From: the human T2T-CHM13v2.0 reference genome, Homo sapiens | Assembly (NCBI RefSeq): GCF_009914755.1 | Contig: NC_060938.1 | Strand: one strand, 5' to 3' | DNA: 64,000 bases | Part shown: positions 37,851-52,991 of the stretch, one piece after another | How positions within the stretch are numbered: position 1 is the stretch's first letter | Layout of the letters: every line of letters starts with the position of its first letter | Notes under the pieces: generated by a model | Seen by the model: the letters and a program-made list of their open reading frames with translations, nothing else | Told to the model about the DNA's origin: nothing | Database searches by the model: none | Translations under genes and position numbers: made by a program

Positions 37851-40800
37851 CTCCTTCCTTCCTTTTTTAAATTAGAATTTTTTATTTTTGATTTTTTTTT
37901 TTAATTTTTTTTTTGGTTGCTTTTAGCCACCTCAGTTACCTTGACCATCCGATTTCACTTACTGTAGCCAGATTTCTAAAGTATGTGTTTCTGTGGCTTT
38001 TCCATAGTTTTTTTCCCCAATATTTTGGCAGTGGTTGAATAGAATCCTTTTATTCCTCCCTCCCTCACCCCTCCCAATCAGCTCCACCTATAGATATAGA
38101 AATACAAAGTGAACAAATGTGCCATGCAACTTCTATTTTTGTGCCCGTTCTTCCTCTTTGTCTCTATTTTTGCCTCTAGCACATAGTATCCTGGTAAACT
38201 GGATTTTTTTTTAAGAGACATGGAGAACACAGTGCAGTGCTCATTCTCTCTCAGCCTCTCTGTTTTTACTGTAATGAATCTATTCTACATACCATGTTCT
38301 CAGGATCCCACTGTATGTCTGATAAACTAAGTCAAGCTAAGGTCATTATTACCAATAAGTAATCAATAAACTCAATGTTTACCCTAAGTTTGATATGGTA
38401 ACTTAGTTATTTTAAGAGGAAATTTTAAGTTCTTGTGTGTGTGAGTAAGAAGGAGCATGAGAATAGGGAAAGGGCCGTTTCACAGAAGCGGTCCTATCTG
38501 GTTGGCCTCAATTGTGCCTCTCAGGCTTGTATCTCATCTGCTTAGCTGTAAGGCCAGTCCTGTTAGGCAAGAAAAAATTTAATTTGCAACCTAGTTTATG
38601 AAAGGATAAATTAAGGGACCTTGTGGGAATTTAAATCATCTAAGGTAATAGAACATGAAACTTGCCTAGATTAAAAACTGGGTCTTTTGTGAGGTTTCAT
38701 TCATTATGGCCCCATAATAATAGCTACATGTCTATGCACTTTTGAGCTTGGGTCTGTTTAAAATACTTATTTGTTATTTCACTTAATTCCCACAATAACT
38801 GTACAAATATGGTTCTCTTGCCTCCATCTTATATATGAGAAAAATTAGGAACAAAAAAACTTAAGAAATTTCTTTCACTTTCTATAGCTGATAAACTTTG
38901 GAGATCAGTTTGAACCCATATACTCTTAAACACTATTTATACAGTATTAATGTGATTTGACAAAAGTGGCATAAAGAGCAATGACTCTTTAAGACTCAAA
39001 AGAAAATGTTCAGATTTATATTTTGATATTAATATTAATATCAGCAAGATAAGCTGTTAAATAAGCATTACATGTAAGAATCCTGACCTTGGATAAAATT
39101 AAATCTTTGTCATAAATCTACTACTGTGACAAAACTGCAAAATATGCAGTGAATGAATAATTAAATCCAGATGTCTCTTCTGACAACAGCAGCAGCAAAA
39201 ACTGGAGGTGGGGGTGAAGGGAAGATGGAAGTGACAGACTCCATATTCATAAAAGCTCTGATGATAAATTTTTTTTAAAAAATGTGTTTGTTTTAAATAC
39301 CAGTCTTCCATGAATCCTAAGAATTGCACAGTAAAAAATAAAATCTGCCTACCATTTAACAGCCCGCAATACAAAAATCTTACTGTGTCAAATGTAATAT
39401 GCATAACTGGCTTCCCAATTTGGTTTTCTTAAGGAGGAGTAATTTAGTTGTCATTAAACTCTTTGGGAAACCGTTTTAATAATGTTCTTTGGTTATCAGG
39501 GGTATCCTTTTTTTCCTTAAGGCAAAGAAGAGAAAACGTGCCGCTAAAACCTTTACTGTGTGTGGTAATGAAGTTGGTCCATTTCTGTGCAGGATTGCAA
39601 CAATTCTTTATCACTTAACACGATCGGAGGTGTGAGAGCAGACAGTTTCTCAAACTGCAGGAAAATGCTGAATTCACCGATTGCTATCTTGACACAATGA
39701 AGGGACCATACATTATATGAAGCCCACATTTGGTTTGCTGTTGTTGTTTTGTTTTTTTTTTATAACTGTGATTATTTTTTGATGGAATAATAATCACAGA
39801 AAAAAGAAAAACCTGTAAGAGAAGACACCACTGTATCATCTTTTTATGGCAATATGCAAGAGGGTAGAAAAAATGAGAGTGTCTAAATTTATCTTATTTT
39901 CCTGTGGGATTTTCAGCACAGACATATTCCTACCACTACAAGGACCAAGGACATTCACTTGCCTGCTTGCTCTGATAATGGCCAGTAGCTGGTCCCAATG
40001 TTGATACAATTAATTAAAATGATAAACATGACTCTAGCTAGCTTCAGCACAGTAAGAGTACCACAGCATTTTCTGGATCATTTATTCAAGATTCACTGAC
40101 TTGGAGTCACTGATGGTACCAATCATTTTATGAAATACCTTCCACTAGAGACAGAAAAACGTTGTTTTGACAAATTCATGGTCTGCACCTCCCCCAAACC
40201 AGTGCATTTCTAAACAGACTTGTTTTTCCTCTAAATAGCTTTGCCAATCCGGCCAACACCCCAATATTTCTTTATATTTTGAAAAGTAGGTCTTTCACCT
40301 GCTGATAATGGAGGATCCAATTCTGTGTAAACTCTGGAATTCTATTTAAAATTGCAGATTTTAAATGTAGGGACCAAGACAGGATGTAGGTTGTGTCAAC
40401 TTGGGAATGCTGAATGACTGAACTGTCATGACATTTACAATCCAGATGTCATGGCAAGCTGGGAGACAAGACAGCTTGGTTGATAATTAGATGGCAGATG
40501 TCCATGCAGTCTCACGTGATACACGTTACTTTTTGTATATTCAAGATTTGGGACTTTAGCCCTGAAAGATAGGTGATACATCATCTTCTCTATACAATAA
40601 AAAATAGTTTCAATAATTGTATATTATTTTGTTTTGCTTTTTTTCTCATTTATTTGGAAGTAGCAAATACAAGAAACAAAAATTACTCATAACCCCTATT
40701 TTTGGTGTATCTCTATGCAGGCAAATATACTGATGATGATTATTTTCATTTTTTGAAAATTTAGATTCTCACACTCAATTAAAAAAAGAAAGCCTGAGGA

Positions 40801-42610
40801 AATTAAATGATTTCTAAAATCACCCAGCTAATTAGTGGCAGAAATGAGACCAGATTCCAGTCTCTTGCTTTCCCGAATACCTTATTCTGGAATTCAATTA
40901 TAAGTACAAGGCATCCCACTCTTGGCTTCCTTTCTGAATAAATGCTTGCACCAAATCCCCAGTGGCTTCTTGAGAAAGCTGGCTACAAATCTTCAAAGCC
41001 TCAGTTGAAGAATTCTTATTAAGCCTACTAGGTACCAAAGCAATAGCCTGAAGTTTGGAAAAATTCTAGTTGGTGAAGCTAGAATTTTATTCAATTTAAA
41101 GAATACTTGGTAGGGGGGAATGTAATGAATTCACTCCCTAGCCTTTCTTGAACTCTACCTATTTAACACCCTATTTCTAATACAGCAGCTTCTCACTATA
41201 GAATGTTAGGTTTATCAAATCTCTCTTCCACCCTGTTATACGGCATTTTCCATCCCTTGGATGTTTCAAGTCCAGGACCTTGGGCTTAAAGGCAAAAGTA
41301 AAATCTATTACACATTTGTAGCTTTGTACACCAATCAGGGAAAAGTAGTAAAGTGGGCTATTATGTACATTATTTTACAATGCAGTATGTTAGTTGTCAA
41401 TTGTTACGCAAGACTAATTTTTTCCACAGCAAAAAATAAAGCTATTTTAAAATATTTTGGAAGCAAGTCATGGTTGAAGAGAAGCATCCCTTGAAAAATT
41501 AGACTTAAAGCTGCAAACTTCCCGGGGTTGACATTAGCTTGAACTTGATGAAAAAGGAAAAATTTTAGGAGGATTTGTTCAGCTGTCTTCTGAGTTATGA
41601 AAGCAGGAAGAAATGAGTTTTACATATTGCCTGGAGGTAATTTGTGTACATATAAGTCAAAAACAATTAAACTTCAAACTTCACACACAGCCACTGTCCT
41701 GTAAAGGGTGGTAGTGTATAAGCAGAAGAAAAATGACTAGAAGAGAACAGGGTTATAAAGCATCCAGACATTTCCCATGTGAGGATCTTGAAAAACTTCT
41801 GCAGCCCTGTGACTGGATTCTTTCTCCTGATCTAATAGGGCTGTTTGGAGGAAGTATTTCTACTGCTCTTGAGTTGTTGCTAGTTTTCCTTTGAATATCC
41901 TGCTCAGTTCCCTGCCCCAGTTCAAGCTTCCTTCCAAAATGTGTTTAAAATAATTAGCTCTTCCTGTTGGTATAGGAAAAAATTAGTCACACATAATTGG
42001 TAATTCACATATTGTATTATAAAATAATGTACAAAATTACCACCCTTACTTCTTTTTGGAGGGCCTGTGGCTTGTACCAATGGATTTATCTTGTTCCAGG
42101 GCATTGAGAAATTTTGCCTTACTGATGGCATCACCACTTACATTTCTCAACATCTTTGCCTCCCATCAGACCAGGATTTCAGTTACTAGGTATCCTACCT
42201 TGTTCCATTGATCTGAGACCCTCATTAATACCCTAGCTGACAGTCTTAACTCAGCACTGTCTTCTATTTTCTACCAAATAGAATACAATAATCAGATACA
42301 TTTTACTCTCTCTTCTGAATAAAGATATTAACAAAATTTCCATGAGTACTTATAAGGGTGAGTTTCCAGACCAACCTAGATGAGTTACCAGGATATATAG
42401 TTTGAAATATTAACTTTAAACATTTCTTGATTTTTCTGACCCCATCAAGTATTTTTTGGAAACTGGTATTAGGCTTGTAGAAATGGACAAGGAGCTCTAC
42501 CATGCTTGAAGATGGTTTAAGCCTTCAGCAAAATAATTGAGAGCTTCCTCTTCTGAATATTCCGAATACACAGGTCTATCAGTTAGTGTATCATGTTATG
42601 TGTAGATGTG

Positions 42611-42923
42611 TGTTGGGGTGATCAGATCCAACACCAGGTCGTGGGGGTGACAAAGTCCGGCAATTCAAAGGAATGAGAAAAAGACAGTTTGAGAGAGAAA
42701 GTGGGACCAGGGGGCCATCGCGAGTGTGGAGGCTGTGAAGGCCCCAAGTTCTGGGAGCCCATGTTATTTATTGGTGCTCAAACAGGTGGTGAGGATGTCG
42801 AGTGAATGAGAAACATATGGCTGTTTGACATAATGGGAGTACTAGAAGCAAGAAGCCAGCAAGTCTAGCAGACATGCAAGCCCTGCCTCAGCTTCTCTCC
42901 CAACACTCAGCTTTTCTCCAACA
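42611..42923 (-). mobile_element. LTR14A solo LTR of HERV-K(HML-1)
   Basis: Reverse complement reads TGTTGG.AAAAGCTGAGTGTTGGGAGAGAAGCTGAGGCAGGGCTTGC...GATCACCCCAACA; 6-bp TSD gatgtg at 42605-42610 and 42924-42929. Confidence 0.92.
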
Positions 42924-43789
42924 GATGTGTATGAATAAGGCTTATTAATAACAAAGCCTGGCTCCACAGGTGAGAGGGAAGATGTAACTTAATCTACTGG
43001 AAGTCACCAACATAGCCCTCTAAAATGAGTCATTATTTTGACTCGAAAATGAACAGATTAAAAAATGTTTCAGCTAATCCTCTTAGCTATTTGATGTACA
43101 TCAAGCATCCAGATGTTCACAACATCCAAGCTGCAATTTTTTGTGTGTTATTTAAAAGTTTTACACTTGCATATATTATTCCTTTCCTCAAAGACAAAGT
43201 ATAGAACCCAAACTGGACTTTTTAAATTCACTCCTTAAAAGTGTGGTAACTTACCATTCCAGAGCTGGTGGGTCCCCGATTATTGGCCCATGGGTTGTCC
43301 ACTTTGTGGTTTTGCTGTTAGGAAATGTTGGCTGATGGCTTCCTTAACCACTCAGCAGTTAACCAACAATAACTTGGAATGTGTCTAATAAGTGCAGCCT
43401 AATCTTAATTTTATTGGGAGTTATCTCAGCTAAATAATGGAAAATTTGACAAACCTAATTATTGAATTATCCACTGTTAAATCTTCTGTGCCACTGAGTC
43501 CTCTTTTTAGTAAAATGATTAAAAACATTAACTATAGTGGTATATAATTACTATTAACAACTATTATGCCAATATATATTGTTATTCCTGCCTAAGATAC
43601 TATGTCTCAGCACGGAGTTTATATTAGGTATTTTATTTTAACAGTTTTCTAATTGCTGCCACTTTTTCGTCAGATTGCATATTTTGACCCACAACATTGA
43701 TTTCACCTTAATGTCACCAGTGGGAATTAATTATCTGAAGCTTGGCATAATATTAATTAAATCCATATGTCACATCATGGTGTGGCATT

Positions 43790-43932
43790 CTTTTCTTTTC
43801 TTTCTTTTTTTTTTTTAAGTCAGGGTCTCCCTATATTGCCATGCTGGTCTCAAACTCCTGAGCTCAAGCAGTCCTCCCTGGTTGGCCTCTCAAAGTGCTG
43901 GGATTACAGGTGTGAGCCACCATGCCCAGCCC
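43790..43932 (-). mobile_element. FLAM_C / Alu left monomer
   Basis: 'ggtctcaaactcctgagctcaagcagtcctcc...gagccaccatgcccagcc'. Confidence 0.85.
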
Positions 43933-44192
43933 ATTGTGCAGTGTTCTTACAAAAGTATTCTAACAATCCAAAATCAAGACTACTTCCAAAAGTGGCAGGC
44001 TTCATATAGAATCCAACATTCTGTTGCAATGAGATTGGGATGAGTGGGTTTAGACCAACATTGATATCAAAGGCCAGTTTCCCTTTAAATCAAAATCACC
44101 TGTAAACTAGCATCTTGACATTCAAGATCCCACCAGGGGGATCTAGCTGGGAATGTCACCATGCATGTCTTGAGAGAGTGCATTAGCCCACC

Positions 44193-45003
<811 letters not shown>

Positions 45004-45440
45004 ATACTTGTGCCAACTTAAGTAACAGCACCAGCCAAAGTACATAAAGTGGAAATAAAGGTATTTTTAGAAAGTCTCATTACTATAAAATATGGTGTAA
45101 ATAAAAACAGATCTGAATATGCAAATTGAAGTTTCAAAATAAGTCTCCTGCCATCCCATTTCAAAGACACTGGAAATCTTAAGCTCTTTTCTTTACAAAT
45201 TCTGAAACTATCATTGCCTGTGGGTTGGGTTGAAATGAAGGCACGTGGGTGTTTCAAGGGTATGTTCTGTGACAAAGAGACAGAATAGAAAAATCCAAAG
45301 TCATAGCCTGGAGCTAATACAGTAATATGAATACATAAAACAGGAAGGACAAGAATATAAAAGTGAATTTGGGGACCTGAGAAAGTCAAGAAAATGATTG
45401 GAGAAATACAATTTGGGAGACCACTTTAGAACCCAGCCCT

Positions 45441-45840
<400 letters not shown>

Positions 45841-46029
45841 CTACGGGAAAGGGCATTCTCATAGGGGCAAGCCCAACTCTATGTATCTTACGTTATTTAC
45901 CACTATTTCCCAAATAAACCTGTTTCAAAGAATACCATCTTTAATGTCTTTCACAGGTACCTATCCTCCACTCTGCATCCTTTTCCATGCTATCACTTGC
46001 AGTGAAGGTCTGTTCACCCCTTTTTTAAC

Positions 46030-46786
46030 CTGTCTTCCATCTTGAGTTCCAATTTCCAGCTGCCCTCTGAATATGTCCAGAGGATGCTGGCTGCTGCCTC
46101 AGACTCACTGGATGAAACAGTTTCCTGTTTTCTTTACTAAAACTGCCAACCTTCCTTTTCCTTGTTTGAGTTAGTGTATCACTGTCCTCTAGCCCCTGAG
46201 CTGAAACCTTGGAATCATCTTTCACTCCTCCCTCCCCCTTTATATTCAGTCAACTGACAGTACCAATATTTCTTCTCTTCTCCTTTTATTTCTTTTGCCA
46301 CTGTCCTACTTTGGGCACTAATCTCTCTTCTGAAGTATAACAATAGCCTCCCAACTGGCCACTCTGCTTTAGCTGCTCCATGGTCCAATCTCCCTTGTCA
46401 CATGTGTTATCTTTCCCAAACACTGTCACAACTTGTCAGTCTACTGCAAAACTTTCCGTGACTCCTGGGGGGCCTGCAGGAGAGAGTTTCAGATTTCTGA
46501 GTCTGCCTTCCTGGCTCTTCACAATGCAGCCTGAGTCCATCTTTTCAACCGTCTCTCTGGATACATACCAACACTTGCCCTTTGTCTCAATGAATGTGCC
46601 TGCCACTTTTGTATCTCCTTACCTTTACTCATATTGTGGTTTAACTATGTGGTTGTCTTCTCCACCCTGACAATAGATACATCTATTGTCCATCAGCCCA
46701 ATTTACAACTTTTGCATCTCTTCTGATTTCTATCCTCTGCTAATGACACTTATTAACTACTGCCTTTCCACTGGACTTTGCATTTA

Positions 46787-46851
<65 letters not shown>

Positions 46852-46960
46852 CCTTACTTCTGCTTTTAAACATAGATCATTATTTCCATGTCTACCTTCC
46901 ACTTTCTCCAACACTAGATTGCAAATTTCTAGAGGGTGAAGCTTATGTTTTCATCCCTTA
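46030..46960 (+). mobile_element. L2 LINE fragment containing a (TA)30 tract
   Basis: 'gaaaccttggaatcatctttcactcctccct', 'caatagcctcccaactgg', 'actagattgcaaatttctagaggg'. Confidence 0.7.
46791..46850. repeat. Uninterrupted (TA)30 microsatellite
   Basis: Read directly. Confidence 0.97.
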
Positions 46961-47566
46961 ACACCCAGCTTAAATGTCACCTCACATACTGACTGATGCT
47001 TTTTATCTCAGTTCTAAAACATTATTAATGTACATCACATAATTTAACTCCATTTTGAAAATTAGTTCTTGTTCCAGTATCTTATCTCTTAAAATAGACT
47101 GGAACCATCTCAAGGTTAGAGAGGATCCACTATATTAAATTCTTATATATCCCTCAGTAGATGGCACTTTGTTGGATGATTTAATTGACGTATCTTCTTA
47201 AAAAATAAAAATATCTGGCTCTTCAAATAATTAGCTTTGTGACCTGAGGCAAATCATTTATCCTCTAGGACATTTAGTTTACTACATGGTGAAATAAATG
47301 ATACCTTCATTCCTTAAATATATAGATCCAGTGACATGTTGCTTTGAATCACAGAATTTGGTTTCGTGCTAAATCTAAGACCAAAAACAGAGCACAAACA
47401 ATTCAGAATCAACAGCATGCTTTCTGGAAGCAATATGAAAGGTGTTATTAATAGAATTCAGCATTATTCTAATTTCCTCTTAAAATTTCAAGAAATATAT
47501 CTGACATTTGTCCTGTCATTGTAAGTTGAAATATGTGTGTGTGTGTGTGTGTGCATGTATATATAA

Positions 47567-47865
<299 letters not shown>

Positions 47866-47878
47866 AAAATGTGTATAC

Positions 47879-47918
<40 letters not shown>

Positions 47919-49417
47919 GTATACGTATATATCTGTATATAGGTAAGTGTGCTTATATGTATATACACAGACATATACACACACAACATATACATATAGA
48001 TTTGTTGTCTAGATATTATAAGAGTATTGCACTAATGTTTCTATAAAACACCAGTTCACAGGCTTCTGTCTTCTAACAATATCCTTATACATATTTGTCA
48101 GCCACTATTTACCTTAAAATGAAACAGAGGGGAGCCTGATATATAATTACGGTCACTGTGCTTTGTTCTATTTTGTTTATCCCTTTGCAATATAGTGTGG
48201 CAGACAGAAAAATGTATGAAATTAATTCTTTTGGTTTAGAATGACATTCCTATCATTGTTAGAACAAGGGATTACATTATACACTACCCTCTAAACTCAA
48301 ATTTTCTGAGCACTTTAACTATTAAATAGCAATAACAGAAAGCATTGTAAATCTTTTGGAGTTTTGCATGATAATGTACCTCTTGTTAATTGAATTGAGA
48401 GATGATTGCCCTATGATTACCTCGATTCATTTGCTGCATAATTTACCATAATGATAATTAACTCCTTGTACTGAATGAGGTAAGATGTGTGTTAGTTAGA
48501 CACCCCCTCCCTCCCTTCTTGCCTTTCCTTCTTTCCCTCCCTATTTTAGTGTTTAACCATTTTACACACAATTTGAGACTTGTTTCAGAATCTCTCCACC
48601 TATATTATCATGTCAATCCAAGTATTTCTAAATAAAAGTAGAAGTTGGGCCATGTTTTTAAAATTTCTAGCTAATTGCCTGCTACTTGGCTTATTGTTGT
48701 GATCTAATTATGTTCTGGTTTTTGAAAAAAGGACTATTGCCTGGCCCACTGTATGACATTTGATTTATGTAGTCTCACCTCTCCCTAAATAGCCCATAGT
48801 TCACAATGCAGCAGAGCCTATATTACCGCAATTTCTTCTGCACTGAAATTAGACAATTATGAAGTTAGTAGATTATTAAACTAACGTATGCTTTATAAAT
48901 ACTTCTTCATTCTAGGATAAGGGAGAAGGAAGTATACTGTAATTCCCAATATGTAAATGCCCTCACACATTTGATAGTTGATGGTTCCATTTTTTAGATG
49001 AAAAAACTAAAGCACAAAGAAGATAAACAATATTTTGTTCTGCCCTATAATAAAATAAGCAGGCAAATATTTATGGATATGATTCTGGGTTGCCTCAAAA
49101 CTTTCAGGGTCAGGGTAGGCAGGCAGTTGGAGATATGAGATAATGTTAGCCATGAATTGTGGCTATTTTTGTGGCACCTGGGTGATGAGTCCACGGAGGT
49201 TCATCACATGATTTTATTTACTTTTGTATGTTTCATATTTTCTATAATAAAGGTATTTTAAAGGAATATATTTAGGTATCCACAGTGTGTGACACCTGTC
49301 AAGGAGCACATGCTAGAGGCCTGGCTCTGCCAGTGACATAGGCTACGTGACTGTCGGTGGGTCACAACTTCCTAGACTTCATTTTTCCCTCATTAAAATC
49401 AAAGTATTAGAAGAGAT

Positions 49418-49720
49418 CAGTGGTTCCCAAGGAGGTGGAGTTGCTTAGGGAACTGTCTAAAATTTCACTGACAACTCAGAAATCTATTTGGATTTAGAAG
49501 CTGGAGGGGAATGTATATTTCAAAATAACTTCTCAAGTGACTGTACTGTGACCATTCCTTACACACAAACTTGGGCTAACAATGAGAATGACTTAACCCC
49601 CCACCCCACAACACTTTAATAGGTTTAGGATGGGTTCTGAGAAATAAAGATTTTTAAAACATTCCCCAAGTGATTCTAATAGGTGGTCGACATGCCATAC
49701 TTTGAGAAACACTTTTTTAG
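49418..49720. mobile_element. MER5-family fragments nested in a MIR
   Basis: 'cagtggttcccaa', 'ccccaagtgattctaat...catactttgagaaacact'. Confidence 0.65.
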
Positions 49721-51713
49721 CTCATCTCAGGGTCCCTTCCAACTCTGACACCTCATGATATTACTTGAGCATTCTTGGTTCTCTGCTTCTATGATGTACT
49801 ATTCCATGAGCAACTGGAGATTTAGTTACAGGTGTATACAAGTGTACAGGAGTCAAGAAAATGATGCTAAGTTTCTTGCACTGACTGAGGAAGCAAGGTA
49901 GAAGCAGACTCTGGCTTAATTGGAATTCATGTTTGAGGCCTCTGGGCCCTCACTAGGAAAAATATTCAATTTATATGTAAGCATATGTATAATACACATA
50001 TCTCACCAGCATTCTTTTTGGGAAAAGAGAATTTCCAAATTAAATTTAACCTATCAATTTTATACTGACTAAGATGAACACATTATTTTAATATATTGTT
50101 TCCTCTTGCTTCCTAATACTTACATTGTATAGAGTTTCATTCTTTATGCTAATCCTAATGCATAGATTGGTAAATTGAGATTAATGAGATTCTTCCTTTA
50201 CTACCACCTGTTTTTAACCAAATGCCTACATGCTGCAGGAGCAGGAAATGAGGTGACTACTGTTGTTGGCCACAGAGCTTCAATATGTCGTGAACAAGGG
50301 TTAGATGTGAATGTCAGAAAAAATGTTATGATCAATTTCTGCCTCCAACAAGGAACTACAAATATGGGTCACAAAAGTTCTACTAGTAGCCCCAAATACA
50401 TTTTTTGAAAGGAGACAATATAAATAAAGCTGAAAAGCAGTCACAACGCTTCAATGTGTCATTCTCTTCTTCACCTTTCTATCCACTTAGATGTTTCCTA
50501 CCCCCCCAAAAATGAACTTATGTCACATCACACTTGTGACTCCCACTGACATCTAAAGTAGTGTGAGCCACACAGATAGAAGCACAGGTAAATGCCTCAA
50601 AACCTAGTTATTATATTTGAAGGAATTTCTGATTCAGTAGTGTTTCTGTAATTGTTACTAACATCAACGCTTCGCTTGCTTCTAGGAAGACAGGATGGTA
50701 AATTCCTAACAATGGAATTGCAAAGTTCACAGTGTGCTTTAAGGAGTCCCTTTCTCCATAAACACAGCTCTTGTGATGGCTTTGCAGATTTTGTTTCTGC
50801 ATTTAGTGTAGATAAGTTGAACAATCCTAATTCCTGAGTTCTAACTAGTGATAGAGCACATTATATTGTTAAGAATAATGGATGTTGGAGAAAGTCAGGA
50901 CAAAAGTAGGTATGAGGTGTCCCTGGTATGTGGCCAATAGGAACCACGGTCCTGAAGTATCCGGAGCAGTCCGGACATCCTCAAGTAGACCCAAATCAGC
51001 CCTATCAGGAGCCAACAGAAAAGCTTGCTAGGGCAAGGTCAGAAGATAAATTTATTAGCCAGGACCAGTTTAAGTCAAAAGTTGAATATAAGTCATATCT
51101 TTAGAAAAAAAAAAAAAAATGCAGGTAGAAAGGCACATTGTTTTTAGCTAACTCTACAAAAAGTTCAGAGCGAAAAGAAAAACAGTGATGCAGAACTAGG
51201 GGAGAAATTAAGGAGCAAACATTCCAAAAATAGAATGAGTTGTACACTTGGTTAATTTCATTGCTCAGTGATGCCTCCATAGACCAGATTCTTCTCTCTG
51301 CCATCCTCAGAAATAGGCTCTAGGGATGCTCTTAGATAGGCTATTCTGTATGCAAGACCTTCTGTAGCTGTTCTAGATGCCAGATCCTGAAATGACAACA
51401 TTCAGTGAACAATAATAGCTCTTCTTCTACGTCATTTCCTTAGATGTGAAGAAACCATTTCCAGCAAACTCCCCTCATGTCCACAACACCTCATTAATCA
51501 GGATTAAATCATATGTTCATTTCTAAACCAATAAGAGAAAAAGAAGTATCGTGGCTATATTATACTGAAATGCAATTGATTTTGGAGAGTTAAAAACAAA
51601 TCCAAACCAGCAGCAGAGCCTGGGGAGAATCCACGTCTCCTTCTCAATCCACAAGACATGATGGGTCTGCTGCAGTGTGGTACTAAATTTGGGGTTACAA
51701 GAAATTTTTGGCT

Positions 51714-52182
51714 TATTAGTTTCCTAGGGCTTCTGTAATTAAGTACCACACACTGAGTGCCTTAAAACAACTGAAATGTATTATCTCATAGTTACAAAGT
51801 CTAGAAGTCTCAAAACAAGGTGTCAGCAGAGCCATGCTCCCCCCTGCAATCTGCAGGGGAATAATTTCCTGCCTCTTCCTAGTGTCTGGTGGTTTGCCCC
51901 GCAATCTTTGGCCTTTTTTGGCTTGTAGTTGCTTAACTCCAACCTCTTTCTTCCTCATCACATGGTGTTCTCCCTGTGTGCCCCTTTCTTCATATGGCTA
52001 TCTTCTTGTAAGACACTAGTTATATTGGCTTAGGGTCTCACTCAACTCCAGTATGATCTCATCTAACTTAACAAATTACATCTGCAACCTTCCTATATTC
52101 AAATAACTTCACATTCTGAGGTAGCGGGGATTAGAACTTCAACATATGTATTTTTGGGTGGAACAAAATTCAAGCCATAACA
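51714..52182 (-). mobile_element. MLT1 (B/C-like) solo LTR
   Basis: 'tattagtttcctagggct...cttaaaacaac...caaggtgtcagcagagccatgctcc...aattcaagccataaca'. Confidence 0.85.
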
Positions 52183-52880
52183 GGCTTCTATAGACCTCTC
52201 TAGTTTTACTCAGTCTAGATCCCAATCCATGGAGTTTGACCAAATGAGTTAGGGTGCTATTCCCTAAACTTGCTGAAACATAATAATTGCTAGAGGCCCT
52301 TAGTAAAATACAGATTCCTGGCCCTCACAACAGATGTACTGAATCAGTCTCTCTAGGGGACATGCCTAGAAATCTGCTTTTTGACAACTGCCCAGTTCAA
52401 TTTTATGATGAAGCAAGTTTGGAAAGCATAGAGTCAGGGTGCTGAGCACTTTTTGAGCATCTTTGAGCACTTTTTGACCATGTTATTCCTGGCTGTGAAA
52501 GAATTCTTTTTGTATGAAATCTCATCTACCCATAACAAGTCTTGGAAGCTGCTCTTGTCATCCTCATCACAGACCTGCAGAAATGGAGGTTAGGTAAGAG
52601 TGGGGCTTGAAATGGAGCTAGGTCCAATCTCAAAATACATACTTTTTCAATCATACTAACTCATCATGTTAGTAGTAAGTTAAAGAATCTTGAATCATAT
52701 GGTCCACTGTAGTTTACTTTTCTTGCCTTATTCCCAGGAGTTTTGTTTTTATTTGTTCTTGTCCTTGGAGGGAACAAAAGACAGCTGGTAGCTGTTCCCT
52801 GTTTGGTTTTGCATGTATTCAAAAGACATCATCTTCTACTGCTCTCTTACTCCTTTACTTTGTGGTCATTTGTTTTGCAG

Positions 52881-52991
52881 CTATTTAGACAGTTACTTCT
52901 TAAAGAACCCCTAAAACTATTTAGACAGTTACTTCTTAAAGAACCCCTAAAACTATTTAGACAGTTACTTCTTAAAGAACTCCTAAAACTA
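52881..52991. repeat. 36-bp minisatellite, 3 copies (ctatttagacagttacttcttaaagaacccctaaaa), one substitution in copy 3
   Basis: Copies at 52881, 52917 and 52953, read directly. Confidence 0.97.

Noticed and set aside
39024-39043. 20-bp perfect palindrome tgatattaatattaatatca
   Set aside because: AT-rich and low-complexity; expected by slippage.
52881-52991. 36-bp direct repeats resembling CRISPR repeat length
   Set aside because: Head-to-tail with no spacers, no cas genes, and a primate intron context; it is a minisatellite.
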